From Takakia lepidozioides (Eukaryota; Plantae; Bryophyta), in assembly GCA_030704615.1 (NCBI GenBank), contig CM060733.1, forward strand, positions 26,412,001 to 26,476,000: a stretch of DNA of 64,000 nt, written 5' to 3'. Positions within the stretch are counted from its first letter, which is position 1. The number at the start of each line of letters is the position of its first letter. The position numbers and the translations under genes are program-made. Shown piece after piece: positions 25,601 to 36,930 of the stretch. The notes beneath the pieces were generated by a model. The model was not told the origin of the DNA and did no database searches. It was given only the letters and a program-made list of their open reading frames with translations.

Positions 25601-28600
25601 CACTGTTTGAGCTGAACATTTCAATGTTTCAGGGTGCAAAATTTGGACTTCAGGGGCACCTATAATAGGATGAAATGAACCCTTCACTGTCAGCCAAAAC
25701 AGTGTGCGGCAACGCACACTGTTTGAGCTGAACATTTCAATGTTTCAGGGTGCAAAATTTGGACTTCAGGGGCACCTATGTGAGGAAGAAATGAACCCTT
25801 CACTGTCAGCTAAAACAGTGTGCGGCAACGCACACTGTTTGAGCTGAACATTTCAATGTTTTAGGGTGCAAAATTTGGTCTTGCTGTCTGTTATCTGAGG
25901 TTGAAATGAACCCTTCACAACCAGCTCACACAGTGTGCGGCAACGCACACTGTTTGAGCAGATATTTTCAATGTTTTAGGGTGCAAAATTTGGTCTTGCT
26001 GTCTGTTATCTGGGGTGAAATGAACCCTTCACTGCCAGCTCAGAAAGTGTGCGGCAACGCACACTGTTTGAGCTGAACATTTCAATGTTTCTGGGTGCAA
26101 AATTTGGACTTCAGGGGCACCTGTTTGAGGATGAAATGAACCCTTCACTGTCAGCCCAAACAGTGTGCGGCAACGCACACTGTTTGAGATGAACATTTCA
26201 ATGTTTCTGGGTGCAAAATTTGGACTTCAGGGGCACCTATGTGAGGATGAAATGAACCCTTCACTGTCAGCCCAAACAGTGTGCGGCAACGCACACTGTT
26301 TGAGCTGAACATTTCAATGTTTTAGGGTGCAAAATTTGGTCTTCAGTGTAACATTTCTGGGGATAAAATGAACCCTTCACTGTCAGCTCAAACAGTCTGC
26401 GGAACCGCACACTGTTTAGGCAGAACATATCAATATTGAAGGGCGCAACCTTCGGCCCTCATGGGCACATATCTGAGGATGAAATGAATCCTTTACTGGC
26501 AGCTCAAACAGTGTGCGGCAACGCACACTGTTTGAGCAGAACTTTTCAATGTTCTTTCCCTGTGAAAATCGGGAACATAGGGCAGGTCCGTGAGGATCAA
26601 TGAACACTTACCTGGCAGCTCAAAGAACACTTACCTGTTTGATCCCACTTTTTCATGCATCAGTCGACGTTTCATTCCTCTCTTATAATAATTTGAGTGA
26701 ACAACCTTGCAGGAGAAAATGCAAAGTGTGGCGGATGAGGTCCCTCAGGGTCAGGGGAAGGAGACCATAGTTGATGTTGACGATGAGTTTTATGAAAGCA
26801 AAGCCGCTGAGATGCTGGGGGGTCAAAAGGTGAACTCTCAGCTTGTGGTTCAAAGTATGCTTGCTCCTGGTGGGAGGTTGAAGATTCCCCTGTGTAGGTT
26901 GGTTTCCATGCCCGTCGTTCGTCCACCCCTTGTCAAAGACATTCTCAAGCTGGAGGCCGAGTTTGTTCATGGGTATTTGGATGGATCCGCAGTCTTTTAC
27001 GTTTCTACTAGGGATTCTAGAGGTAACGAGCTCCTTGTGGATGAGTCAATCGTCGACTCCTGGGACCCCATTTGGAGACAGGTGAACGAATCCTTCGAAC
27101 TTCTTCTCTCCAGGAAACCTTCCACCCAGGTATTCTCGGGGAAGATGTTTCACGTTTGGGATGGCAACCACCGGTTGCTTGCATGGATGGCTGTCATTGG
27201 GAGGCTGCACTCACAGGAGGAAGAGTGGCATTACTCTGTTCGATCGATGGTGCTTGATTGTGACGACAACATGATGGGTCTTCTGACGGCAATGAATGAT
27301 GTGAACAGGTTGGTTTCTCATTGTACATGTTGCACTTCTGGTTCCGTTCTTCCTTGATTCAAGTCCTTGAATTACATTCTGAAATTCAGATATCATTCTG
27401 CAGAGGGACGGAGACATCGCATGTCAAAACGAGTCTGGTTCACACACTGTATAGGATACAAAGGATCGGGCAGATGCCCTTGACCAACTTCAAGACCATC
27501 CTTTCGGCAGAGATGTATAAGAAATGCGAAAGCTCCAAGACTTCGGAAACATGGTACTCGTTGACCCGTGAGGCTTTCATGGAGTACATGTACACGGTGA
27601 GATACATCTTCCTTCATCTGGCCTTTCCATATTCCTGCTTCCACATGTTTGTTTCTGTCTGTCTCCCTTGACCTTGGATTGATGCAACTCTCTTGCATTC
27701 CCTTGCAGCAAGACATTGCAGATGCAGGGGAGCGTGGCAAACTGGAATACTATAGCTCTACCCCTGAGGAGAGAAGGACAGCAAAGGGGGTTGAAAGTCA
27801 CATCCAGAAGGAGATGAACGCTACAAGAAGGACAATAATGAGTGCTTTTGTGAAGCAGTTGAGAATGGCCGACCCATCATTCGGGCCGCAGTTTCTCCTG
27901 GAGATAAAAAACCATTATAACAAGCCAGGCAAGCCGGAGATGGCCCAGGAGAAGTTGCACAGGTTGTCTACCGCCGTCGTGTCTTCTGAACAGAAGGTGA
28001 AGTGGCTACAGATATGGAACTCCGATCCCACAGTTAGGGATACCCACATGTTCCCAAGGCCAGAGAAAGAGAAGAAGACCCAGCGTGTCGTTCCTGTCAG
28101 TGACAATGTGCTGGACACCTGGCTTCACAAGGCCACTTACTGGAGCCAGGTGTGATGTCCTCTCGTATCTCACTTTCTTTTCTCTTTTCCTGTCCTTCTC
28201 TTCCCATTGCCTCTTACATTCGCTGTGACTGTTTTTGGGTTCATTCTTCCATTTCAATTGTTTTGCAGTTGGAAGAAAGGGCCCGATCGGTTCTGCATAC
28301 TCAGCTGGCTGACTATGGCATCACTATGACAGCTCCGAAGGTCTCCTTCGAAGCTTACATGAGGAAATGGAGAGCCACAGTGTGGCACTCTGGTTTCTTT
28401 AGAGAGTTCAGCAAGGAGGGTGGCATCAGTCGAACAAATGAGCTTGACCAGCAGGAAAAAGGAGAGGAAGCCTGGAAACGATGCCTTTACAGGTGCACAC
28501 CCTTGCACTCTTTACTTGTGTTGTGGTTGCAATGTGTTGTGTGGCATACTGTTTAAGGGGGTCTTCCTGGTGTGTTGAAAAAGCTGGGACACAATATGTG

Positions 28601-30447
28601 CACTGGAAAATGAGGCTGTGTCTGTTCCTGCAGGTACATTAGGTTTGTTCTCTTGGAAGAGAATTGCTTGGACAAACATCCAGATTTCGTGGACCTTTGG
28701 CTTGTCCCTGCTGGCAACCAGACCATGTTCACTGCTGGGATCTTGCATGACTGGGGCCCAGACCATCTTTCTTCTTGTGGTTGGTATTTGGATTGCCCTC
28801 CTTCAGAGACCCCAGCTGTAGAGTTGTCTTTGAGGAGAGAGAATGACCGTATTGCAGCCACTGCCGCAGCAGCGGACCTCGACATTCATGAGCGTAATCT
28901 GAGGACTCTTGCAGAGAAGGAGCCTCCCGCTCAGGATACCCCGGGTAGAGGAAGAAAGGCAAAGGGAAAAGATGTTGCTGGTGTTGTGGGGAAGGGAAGG
29001 GGTAGAGGGAAGGTGGCACAAGGGCAGGGAAGTGTTGCAGCTATTGGCCCTGTGGAGCATGTCCAGCAGACTCCACCGCATGGTAGGGGATCCGGGAGAA
29101 AAAACAAGGGGTGGTTGATCCCAAGGACCCGTACCATGCAGTGGAACATCCCACGAGGGTCATTCGTCCAACCAGGTTGGAGATTGCCAACGTCGGGTTC
29201 CTTGCCATGATGGAGTCGAAGAAATCTGATTACAAGGGCGAGCCATCACCAGTGTGGGAGAGGATTGTCGAGTTCCTCAGCACGGTGCGTGTTCTCTTTG
29301 GGTTCTGTGGCTTCTGCTCTCTTTGTCTGCTGTGGGCATGGATCGTTTATAAACTTGTCAGAATTCCATTGTATTTTTGTTTGCAGGCTAAAATGACCAA
29401 ATCGTGGGTGAACGGGAAGGAGAAGCCATATGCAGCGGAACTCATCATCTTGGACATCCCTGATGGGTTGGCAGTCCCGGATATCCCTCCATCGGGTGCT
29501 TGTCCGGGTTGGAATGCATTTGATGAGCGCTACTGGCGGTGGGTTTTTTCCTTTTGCAACTTCTTCCTTTCCGATGCAGGTGTTTTGGTTCTCATCCAGT
29601 CCATCGATGTTCGGTGTCGCCGTGCCCTTGCCAGCTATTTGAAAGCCTCGGGCATGAGAGTCGTGAAGACATGGAATTGTGTGAACAGCATGTACCTTAC
29701 GAAGGGGGATCGTCCGGGAGAGATGGTGAGTTTCCCTTCTTCTTCCTCTTCTTTTTTGTTCTGGGATTGTGTTGTATAGGTCGCTTGAACTCATATGTAG
29801 GGGCCCGATTTTATTTTGGTTCTTAGTTCCTTGTGGATGTCATGTTCGCAGACTCGTCTGTTTGAAGCTGTTTGTCTCGTCCGGGTGCATCCACCAACGA
29901 CTCCGGCCGGCATTACGGAGTTTGCCATCACTCACGGGGGCAAGTTCATAGATGACAGGACAGATCCTCCCACGGATGACATGCATCACAACTACGTCGA
30001 CAGCAACTTGTGCTTGCGAAGGGGGAATGGGGTTCCTTGGAGAGGGGCGAGGGAGAGGAGCCCGGCTTTCATTCAAACGATTGTGGAGTGCTGCACCTAC
30101 ACAGACGCCAGAGTTCTGGATTTGTCGATGGGCACAGGTTCGTCTCTTCAACATTCACATTTCATGAGGTTTGATTGAGCTTGCACTTTCAGCACTTTCC
30201 ACCGTTCCGAATGTGTCTTCAATGTCTGCTTACTTCATTCTATTCCACTGCAGGTGCTTCGTACCACGCTTGCAAGGCCAGTGCGCGACATGTCTTTGGG
30301 ATTGAAGGGGATGCTGAGATTTACAAGAACCTCCTGATGGGTTTGGGTGGACACACTTCTCAGGTCCTTCCGAAGCCCCGTCCCGCTGATACTGGTACAG
30401 AGGAGACTTCTGACAAGGAGCTGGACTCCGACTTTGCCTGTGAGTAA
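22641..30447 (+). CDS. ParB/Srx-domain plus beta-class DNA amino-methyltransferase-like fusion protein, ~1078 aa, 9 exons
   Basis: Exons 22641-22951, 26713-27308, 27404-27596, 27709-28149, 28269-28492, 28634-29284, 29387-29725, 29852-30137, 30254-30447, all GT-AG and phase-consistent; needs +1 nt near 22790 and near 29100. Motifs FHVWDGNHRLLAW, LIILDIPDG, VLDLSMGTGASYHACKASARHVFGIEGD. Exon 1 is the least certain. Confidence 0.8.
23015..26560. repeat. Tandem array of 31 units of 114-116 bp, each with a palindrome of consensus CAGCTCAAACAGTGTGCG-GCAA-CGCACACTGTTTGAGCTG
   Basis: Loops counted from 23050 to 26518 at 114-116-bp spacing; lies inside predicted intron 22952-26712; partial 32nd unit at ~26612. 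Confidence 0.97.
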
Positions 30448-31085
30448 GTTGAACCTGTGCATGCTTGCATTGTTGTTTCAATATCGAGAATCGCTGTTCT
30501 TGAGGCAAAGTGCACATGGGAGACATCCTCTTCGTTGGACTTGTGCATTGCATCATTGTGTTAAAAATGGGATTTTGTGGACATGTGTAGGAGTCCGCGT
30601 GCTTCCACTTGCCCTCCTGGGCTATCACACCTATTTGGACTTGTTTTCAGTCCTCCTCGGTCTTGTGTGCTACCTGTCTATGCGGAGGCACTCGCAGCAA
30701 GCATGTCCGTTCATGGCACTCAGAGTCCACCTTGCGATGGCCTTCGTAGAACACGTGGTGTTGGGGCCAGAATCTTTGTAGATGACATAGCACAGGAGGT
30801 GGACACTGATTGTGATGACTACGACACTTGATATGAAGTATTCTTTTGGTTTAATTCTGGGACAAATTTGAAATGGGATGGTTGTGTGTCCTTATTGTCC
30901 TCTTTGCAATGTGTGCGTGGAATTCACATTCATGGTTCCAAACTATTGTTGGAGATGGGGGTTGCATGGACTGCCCGGATTGTTCCTTCAATATATTTGT
31001 TGTTTTGTGGACCTCACAGACTTGAGTACATTGCAAAAACAAACAAACCACTTTGTTCTCAATTCTCAATTCTCCCCACATCAAC

Positions 31086-31234
31086 CCGCGGAAATAGGTG
31101 ACACCACTCGGAAATAGGTGACATCCGCGGAAATAGGCACTGTTTGCATGCTGACGTGGCGTGAGCCTGTGCTGGGCTCACGCTTTCCTAGGCTCACAGG
31201 CTCACGCCTCCAGGCTCACGGAATAGCACCCCCC
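31086..31234 (-). repeat. Right TIR/subterminal region
   Basis: 3x CGGAAATAGG(TGACA) at 31089-31138; five GCTCAC(G)/CGTGAGC motifs at 31160-31220. Confidence 0.8.
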
Positions 31235-31770
31235 GTGACCGTGGATGGAAATCAGAGTGATGTCCTAATTCTGGGTTTGGGTGGTGGAGCTTCTCCAAAG
31301 CTTGAAGATGGAAGTGAATATGAATTTTAATGAGCTTGATGAGAAGGGCAGCCCTGTGCACGAGTTTGTTCAGCATCTTAAATTTAGACATGTTTGTTTG
31401 TTTCTCGTGGTGTGGCTTTGGATGGAGCCCTTGATGAACTTACATGAATATTGTCAAAAGCTAACGTTAAGCCACCAAGATCCAATCCCACGGTGGATGC
31501 TTGAAAGTTCATATAGTGAATGTAAGGGTATTTGGGTATGTTGTTATTGATTGATGCGGCTTGTGAAAATTGAACATTCAAATGCAGATCCGCCATTTTT
31601 CTTCCAGAAAAAAACAAAACACGGGATCTCTGCATGTAACACAGTGGGGATGACCCACCCTTTTTTTCTGGAAAATTGAACGTAGTTCTCAGAATTCGTC
31701 GCTAGTAGTGCGGATCAACGCGAAGCCCTAGTAAACTTCCTTGCATCATCTGTATTTCAAACGACAACCA

Positions 31771-32070
31771 GCATGTAGCCCAATGGTAATGGGCACATAC
31801 CACGTTGGATGTGGTTGTGGGTTTCAAACCACGGTCTGGTGTGTCATGAAGGTGTCCACCTTTTAGCTGGAAGGCAGTAGCCCTTGTGGTGAAGAGACAC
31901 CATAAGTTACGCTCCCTTCGGGAGGCGTCATACTTTTGGTTTTGTATTTCAGACTTTTTCCATTTAATAAAATTTACGAGGGCCTCTGTCGCCTCTTCTC
32001 TAAAGGAATAATAAATATAGATAATAAATAAAATCTAATAATTTAAAAAGCTGACCTGTTTTGCAAATAA
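31771..32070 (+). mobile_element. tRNA-derived SINE-like element
   Basis: A-box-like TAGCCCAATGG, B-box-like GGTTTCAAACC, A/T-rich tail; internal GACACCATAAGTTACGC segment recurs at ~62500 and, more weakly, ~62085. Confidence 0.4.
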
Positions 32071-32713
32071 TAATAAAACCCTTGTGTTTCACCTTTATGG
32101 TCCCCCGGAGGTTATTTTTTACTCCTGTCTGTCCACAATTTTGACTCCTTGTGAACATTTTTCTGATTTAATTTGATTAAAAGGGCCTCTGTCCCTTTGT
32201 CTAATTGTCCCTTTGGCCTTCACCAACCCCAATTCACATCCAGATCCTCGATCATCAAGTAAGTCTCTACCAAAATCCCCTCCCTTTCATCATTCTTTAT
32301 TCTTTTCCCAGACGACCCTACTCTTGCAGAATTCTATGTGTCAAACCCACCCATAACCATAGAGGTAAAATTATCCCCTCCATTGCTAGTTCCAATGATG
32401 TCGGAGTGTTCTCAATGAATATTGGTACTGGGCCCCTTCCTTTACACACCCTGCTGCCAAGCCCAGCCTTGTCCACACTACCTTGATCCCTTCATCTAGA
32501 TTACACCCTCTCCCATACCCGGGCATGCCCCCATCACTTCCCTCAACCCTGGTAATGACCATCCACCTCTGTCAACCTATCTCTAGAGCTCCACTGAACC
32601 ACAGATGGGTCACCTCGCCCCTACCCACAGACAATAGAACAAAGTTCACCTTCTACCAAGACAGGCCATCATTTGAGAATGCCCCTCTCAGCCTGAATAC
32701 TCCCTACGATGTA

Positions 32714-35700
32714 GATTAACCTCTCTACTTGGAACATAAGAGGGATAGGTTCGGAGCAGATGAATCTTAAGAAAATAAAGCTTCGTACCTGGCTGGCCCC
32801 TCTCCTTCAAACAGATGCAATTGTGTTTCTCCAGGAACACAAGCTCTGCACTAGGAAAATTGCCAGCCTGTCGGATCAGCTCTGGCCCTCAAAATGCAGC
32901 CCTTTGGAAGCCCTCATATGAAGGCTCAAAGGGAGGCACATCTATCCTACTCTCCCCAGCCCTTAAACCCTACCTTGTAACTGAAGAATCATGGATGCCA
33001 AGCAGGATCCAATTTTGTTCCCTCAAGCTCCCAAATGCCCCAGACCCTATAGGCTTCGTTAACATATATGCTCCTAACACCTCTATAGAACGCTCGTCCT
33101 TTTGGCAACTTTTAAACAAAAAAATCGCTGCCCACCCCGCCACAATCTCATGGGTGTTGGCAAGAGACTTTAACATGGTAGAGAACAACACGGACAGAAT
33201 TGGGTCAGGTTCAGGCAGCTTGGGCCAAGACGAACAAGGCCATTGGGAAGAGCTACTCCAAATACACAGCCTCGATGAAATTATACACCCGCCTAGCCAC
33301 CCAGGGGGGCTTCACCCTGCCTTCACTTGGACAAACAACCGCTCCCTCCAAGACCTGTGTATGGCAAGATTAGATTGTATCTACGTTTCCATGACCATCT
33401 CTAATGGAGCATCTCTAATGCCTCAGGAACCAATAGCGCAAGGTTTTGACCATGCCTGCGTTTCTAGACTAATTTCTATGCCAAATGCAAGGAAAAGATG
33501 TAGGGGCATATAAAGGCTCAACTCTAGCCACCTTAAACTGCAGTCCTTCAAGCAGGGGCTAAAGGATGCATGGACTCAAAACGGAAGTAAGATACAATGC
33601 CCCATCCAGAGATTCCAAACCAAACTCCTGGCGGCTAGCAAAAAAGCCAAAACATGAGTAGACAAATATCAATAGAGCAGAAACGAAAGATTTAAGCCCT
33701 TAATAAATGTCTATGTGTCTGCCAAAGAAAGATTAAAGCCTCCACCTATGATGAGCACACCTTTCATACCTACCTTGAGGCGCACCAAAATCTCGACTCT
33801 CTCCAGAGCCTACAAGAACAGAAAATGCAGATGCAGGCGGGAATAAACTGGTCTGCCAAGGGTGAGAAAATGTCCAAATATTTCTTTGAAAAAATCAAAC
33901 TGTGTAGATCTCTTCAAAGGATCCAGGAATTCCACTCGGACAACCAGGGCTCTACCACATCTGATCCTAAAGCTATGTGTAGTCTGGCTTTTAACCACTT
34001 CCAGAACCTCTTCCAAGAAGACCCCAAAGACCCCCTACACCACTCCAAACTACAAGCGTGCTTGCAAGTGGTCCCCTGTAAACTACACCCGCCACAGTTC
34101 CTCTATCTTGGACTCTGGAGATGACTTCACAGCTCAGGAGCTTCAAGACGCTTTGAACAAAATGAGTAACAACAAGGCACCTGGCATTGATGGAATGCTT
34201 GTAGAGTTCTACAAAGCCATTTGGTCCCATATAGCGGGTGACTTATGTATCATGGCCAACAAAATTAAAGCCAATGGGCAGATGCCCCCCTCTATGTCCC
34301 AGGGTGTCATTTCTCTCTTGTTCAAAAAAGGTGATAGAGCAAGCATTGCCAACTATAGGCCAATAACCCTTCTGAATGTAGCCTACAAGATAATTGCCAA
34401 AGCGCTGGCGCTACGCATCCAGCCCCTCCTCCCTCAACTCATTAGGACTAGACAAGCTAGCTTTATTAAAGGTCGATATATTCTAGACAACATCATTTTG
34501 GCTCACGAGGCCTCCTCCTACGCCTCCAAGAATGGCCAGGCCCTTGCCCTATGGCTCCTGGACTTCGAAAAAGCCTTTGACAAGGTTGATTGGACCTTCC
34601 TCTTGGCTGTGCTTGGCGAGATAGGGCTCCCAGATAATTTCTGTCAGTGGGTTCAAATACTCCTCTACCAGTCCACCAGTAGGGTCATTGTCAATGTGCA
34701 TCTGTCTGCTCATTTTTCACTTCACAGGTCAGTTAGGCAAGGATGCCCTCTGGCTCCCTTCCTCTTCCTGTTCGTGGCCGATACCCTAAGATACTTGCTT
34801 GACTCAGAGGCCTCGGTGCTTGGCCTTAGAATCAAGAGCCCTAGGACCCAGACGTGTATCCAAGTAAAGGACTCAATGTTTGTTGATGACACCTTCTTGC
34901 TATTAGATGCCAAACCCAACACCCTTCAGGCGGCCCAACATACATTGTCTCAGTTCTGTGATGTCTCAGGCTTCAGGGTCAACTGGAGTAAAACCAAAGC
35001 CATACTGGTAGGTGACATCACTCAATCTAGAATTGGCGATTCCCCCTCATGGGGTGAAGAAATAGATCTTGTCTGGCTGGCTTCCGGGGAATCAACAACA
35101 CTCCTGGGATAGCCTTTGGGAAAGACCTTACAGAGAGCCAAAGAATGGGGCCCGTTCTAGCAACGCTCAAAAGGAAACTGGCCTACTGGGGATTACGCTT
35201 CCTTTCCCTTACAGGAAGAGCCCAGGTGACAAACCAGGTGCTTGAGGCAAGCATCTGGTTCTTCGCCTCCACTTGGGGCCAGACTCGGATTTATTAATGA
35301 GGTCAAAAGGTGTGTGAGGAACTTCATCTGGGGGGCAAAAAGTTCAGCACAAAACAAAAGACCCCAGGTATCATGGAGACAAATATGCCTCCCCAAAAAG
35401 AGGGGGGGACTGGGTGTCTTAGACCCGAAAATGCAGATCCAAGCTCTGCTAGGCAAAGATTTCTAGGGCCGGAAGGCGGATGGTGGAAAGTGTTAGTGGA
35501 AGATAACATTGCCTTTAGCTCCCCCCTTCATCAAGAAATCCCTCTACTCCCCATTTGTTATTCCATTTGGTAGTGAGGTCTGTTGCTTTGTTAAGGGAAC
35601 TGTATGCTTTTTTGGTAGAGTAGGAAAAGAACTTGGAGCGAGCTCCGTCCAGATTCCATTCCCACCCCCCTAGGTCTATCTGAAGATCCTAGATCTGCCC

Positions 35701-36930
35701 CCCCTATGCGGGCGAAAATGTTGGTCTGTATCCAATGATATCCCGGATCAATGGAAGCTCATCCTACGGGGTGGCAAGGAAACCCATAAGGATAACCAAT
35801 GGGTGTACACCATCAACCAACCTTTTTGCGTCTTGTATGTAACGGTGACCACTGAGACCTCACTTTCTGGATATGGGTTCCTTGCAGATACTTTTTCAGG
35901 CTTCCTTTCTCTCTTCTCCACTCAGCCCCAGTCCCTGCAGATGTCACATGCCTCCCCTATTAGAATCTGTCATTGGTCTAACAAGGGCAAGGAGTTCAAC
36001 CCTTCTGCTCCCTTAGATAAACCAATAATGCATGATGGTTTGGATTCCTGCCACTAGCCTGTTTTGACCCAGCGCTAACCGGAGGGATTCCGGGGTGCTT
36101 GCCCACAGGTCAGTTATTTGTGAGAAGCCTCTAGTTTCCCATGCGGCCCACCGTCTTGCCTGGTTTTTCTCTAATGGTGTCGGATTAGATGTATTAAGAA
36201 AAAGATGTTGTCTCATGGTTTCTTGATAGGTGGTCGGCTCAGATTTGAGTAGGAAAGGTCTAAATCTTTTCCATGCTTTCCAAATGGCTTTCCAGAGAGG
36301 CGATCCCACTGATTTGTGACTGAACCCCTGAGTTATCCATCTAGTGGATCGTTTCCAATGAGTGCTCAGTAGGAACCTCCTCATCCTTAGAGCCTAACAG
36401 CGGGACCTTATATGGGTCTTGTTTGGGAGAAAACAAAACCAGCAAAGCTGAGTGCTTTCCTTTGGCAAATCACCAATCGTGTGTTGAAGGTAGGGCAATT
36501 TCTAAACTTCCAAGAGGCCATGCTCTGCACCTGTTGCAACATTGGCACTATGGAAACCATGGAGCACTGTCTTTTATCCTTCCAGCAACCAACCCTTATA
36601 TGGCCATATATAGCCTCTCTCTACTCGGGCTGGGGCCCCAACCCCACAGGCAGGGTGGAACTGCTCCTTAACTACAACAAACAATCAAAATCAATAGCAT
36701 GCACTTGCCCAGTCTTTGAAGCTTTATGAGGAGCAACTCTCTGGCAATTATGGAAAGCCAGAAGTGCATGGTCTATGCAACGTCTGAATTCAACGACAAC
36801 TATTGTGCTAACAAGAATCTTCTTTGAACTCACAGTGGCAGCTAAGCTGGCTTGGAATAAAGTATGTGCAGGAATTGCCAGGAAACCAGAGTGGGAATAG
36901 GCTCTCCTGCAACAGTTCAATTCCACTTAG
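32714..36930 (+). mobile_element. Decayed L1/Tx1-clade LINE ORF2 (APE endonuclease, reverse transcriptase, zf-RVT)
   Basis: STWNIRG, NIYAPN, ARDFN, RLDCIY; KAPGIDG, YRPITLLN, LDFEKAFDKV, RQGCPLAP, MFVDD; C-terminal CTCC...ETMEHCL; many stops and frameshifts. Confidence 0.92.

Larger units (their letters stand above)
17707..31234. mobile_element. Mutator-like DNA transposon (MULE), 13,528 bp, two divergent genes plus an intronic palindrome array
   Basis: 9-bp TSD GTGACAGTG (17698-17706) / GTGACCGTG (31235-31243); imperfect TIRs in register (GCTA at +8, CGTGAGCC at +15, CGTGAGCCTG at +29); MULE transposase inside; empty-site paralogue at 9398. Confidence 0.9.

Noticed and set aside
23015-26560. 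CRISPR array (palindromic repeat plus variable spacer)
   Set aside because: Variable segments are related and recur in about six types rather than being unique spacers; the constant part is ~90 bp; no cas genes; eukaryotic intron context.
23015-26560. Tandem Helitron 3' ends (GTGCGGCAACGCAC resembles Helitron hairpins)
   Set aside because: No CTRR terminus follows the hairpins.
23256-26607. Short ORFs inside the array
   Set aside because: Incidental translations of a 114-116-bp repeat whose frame shifts between units.
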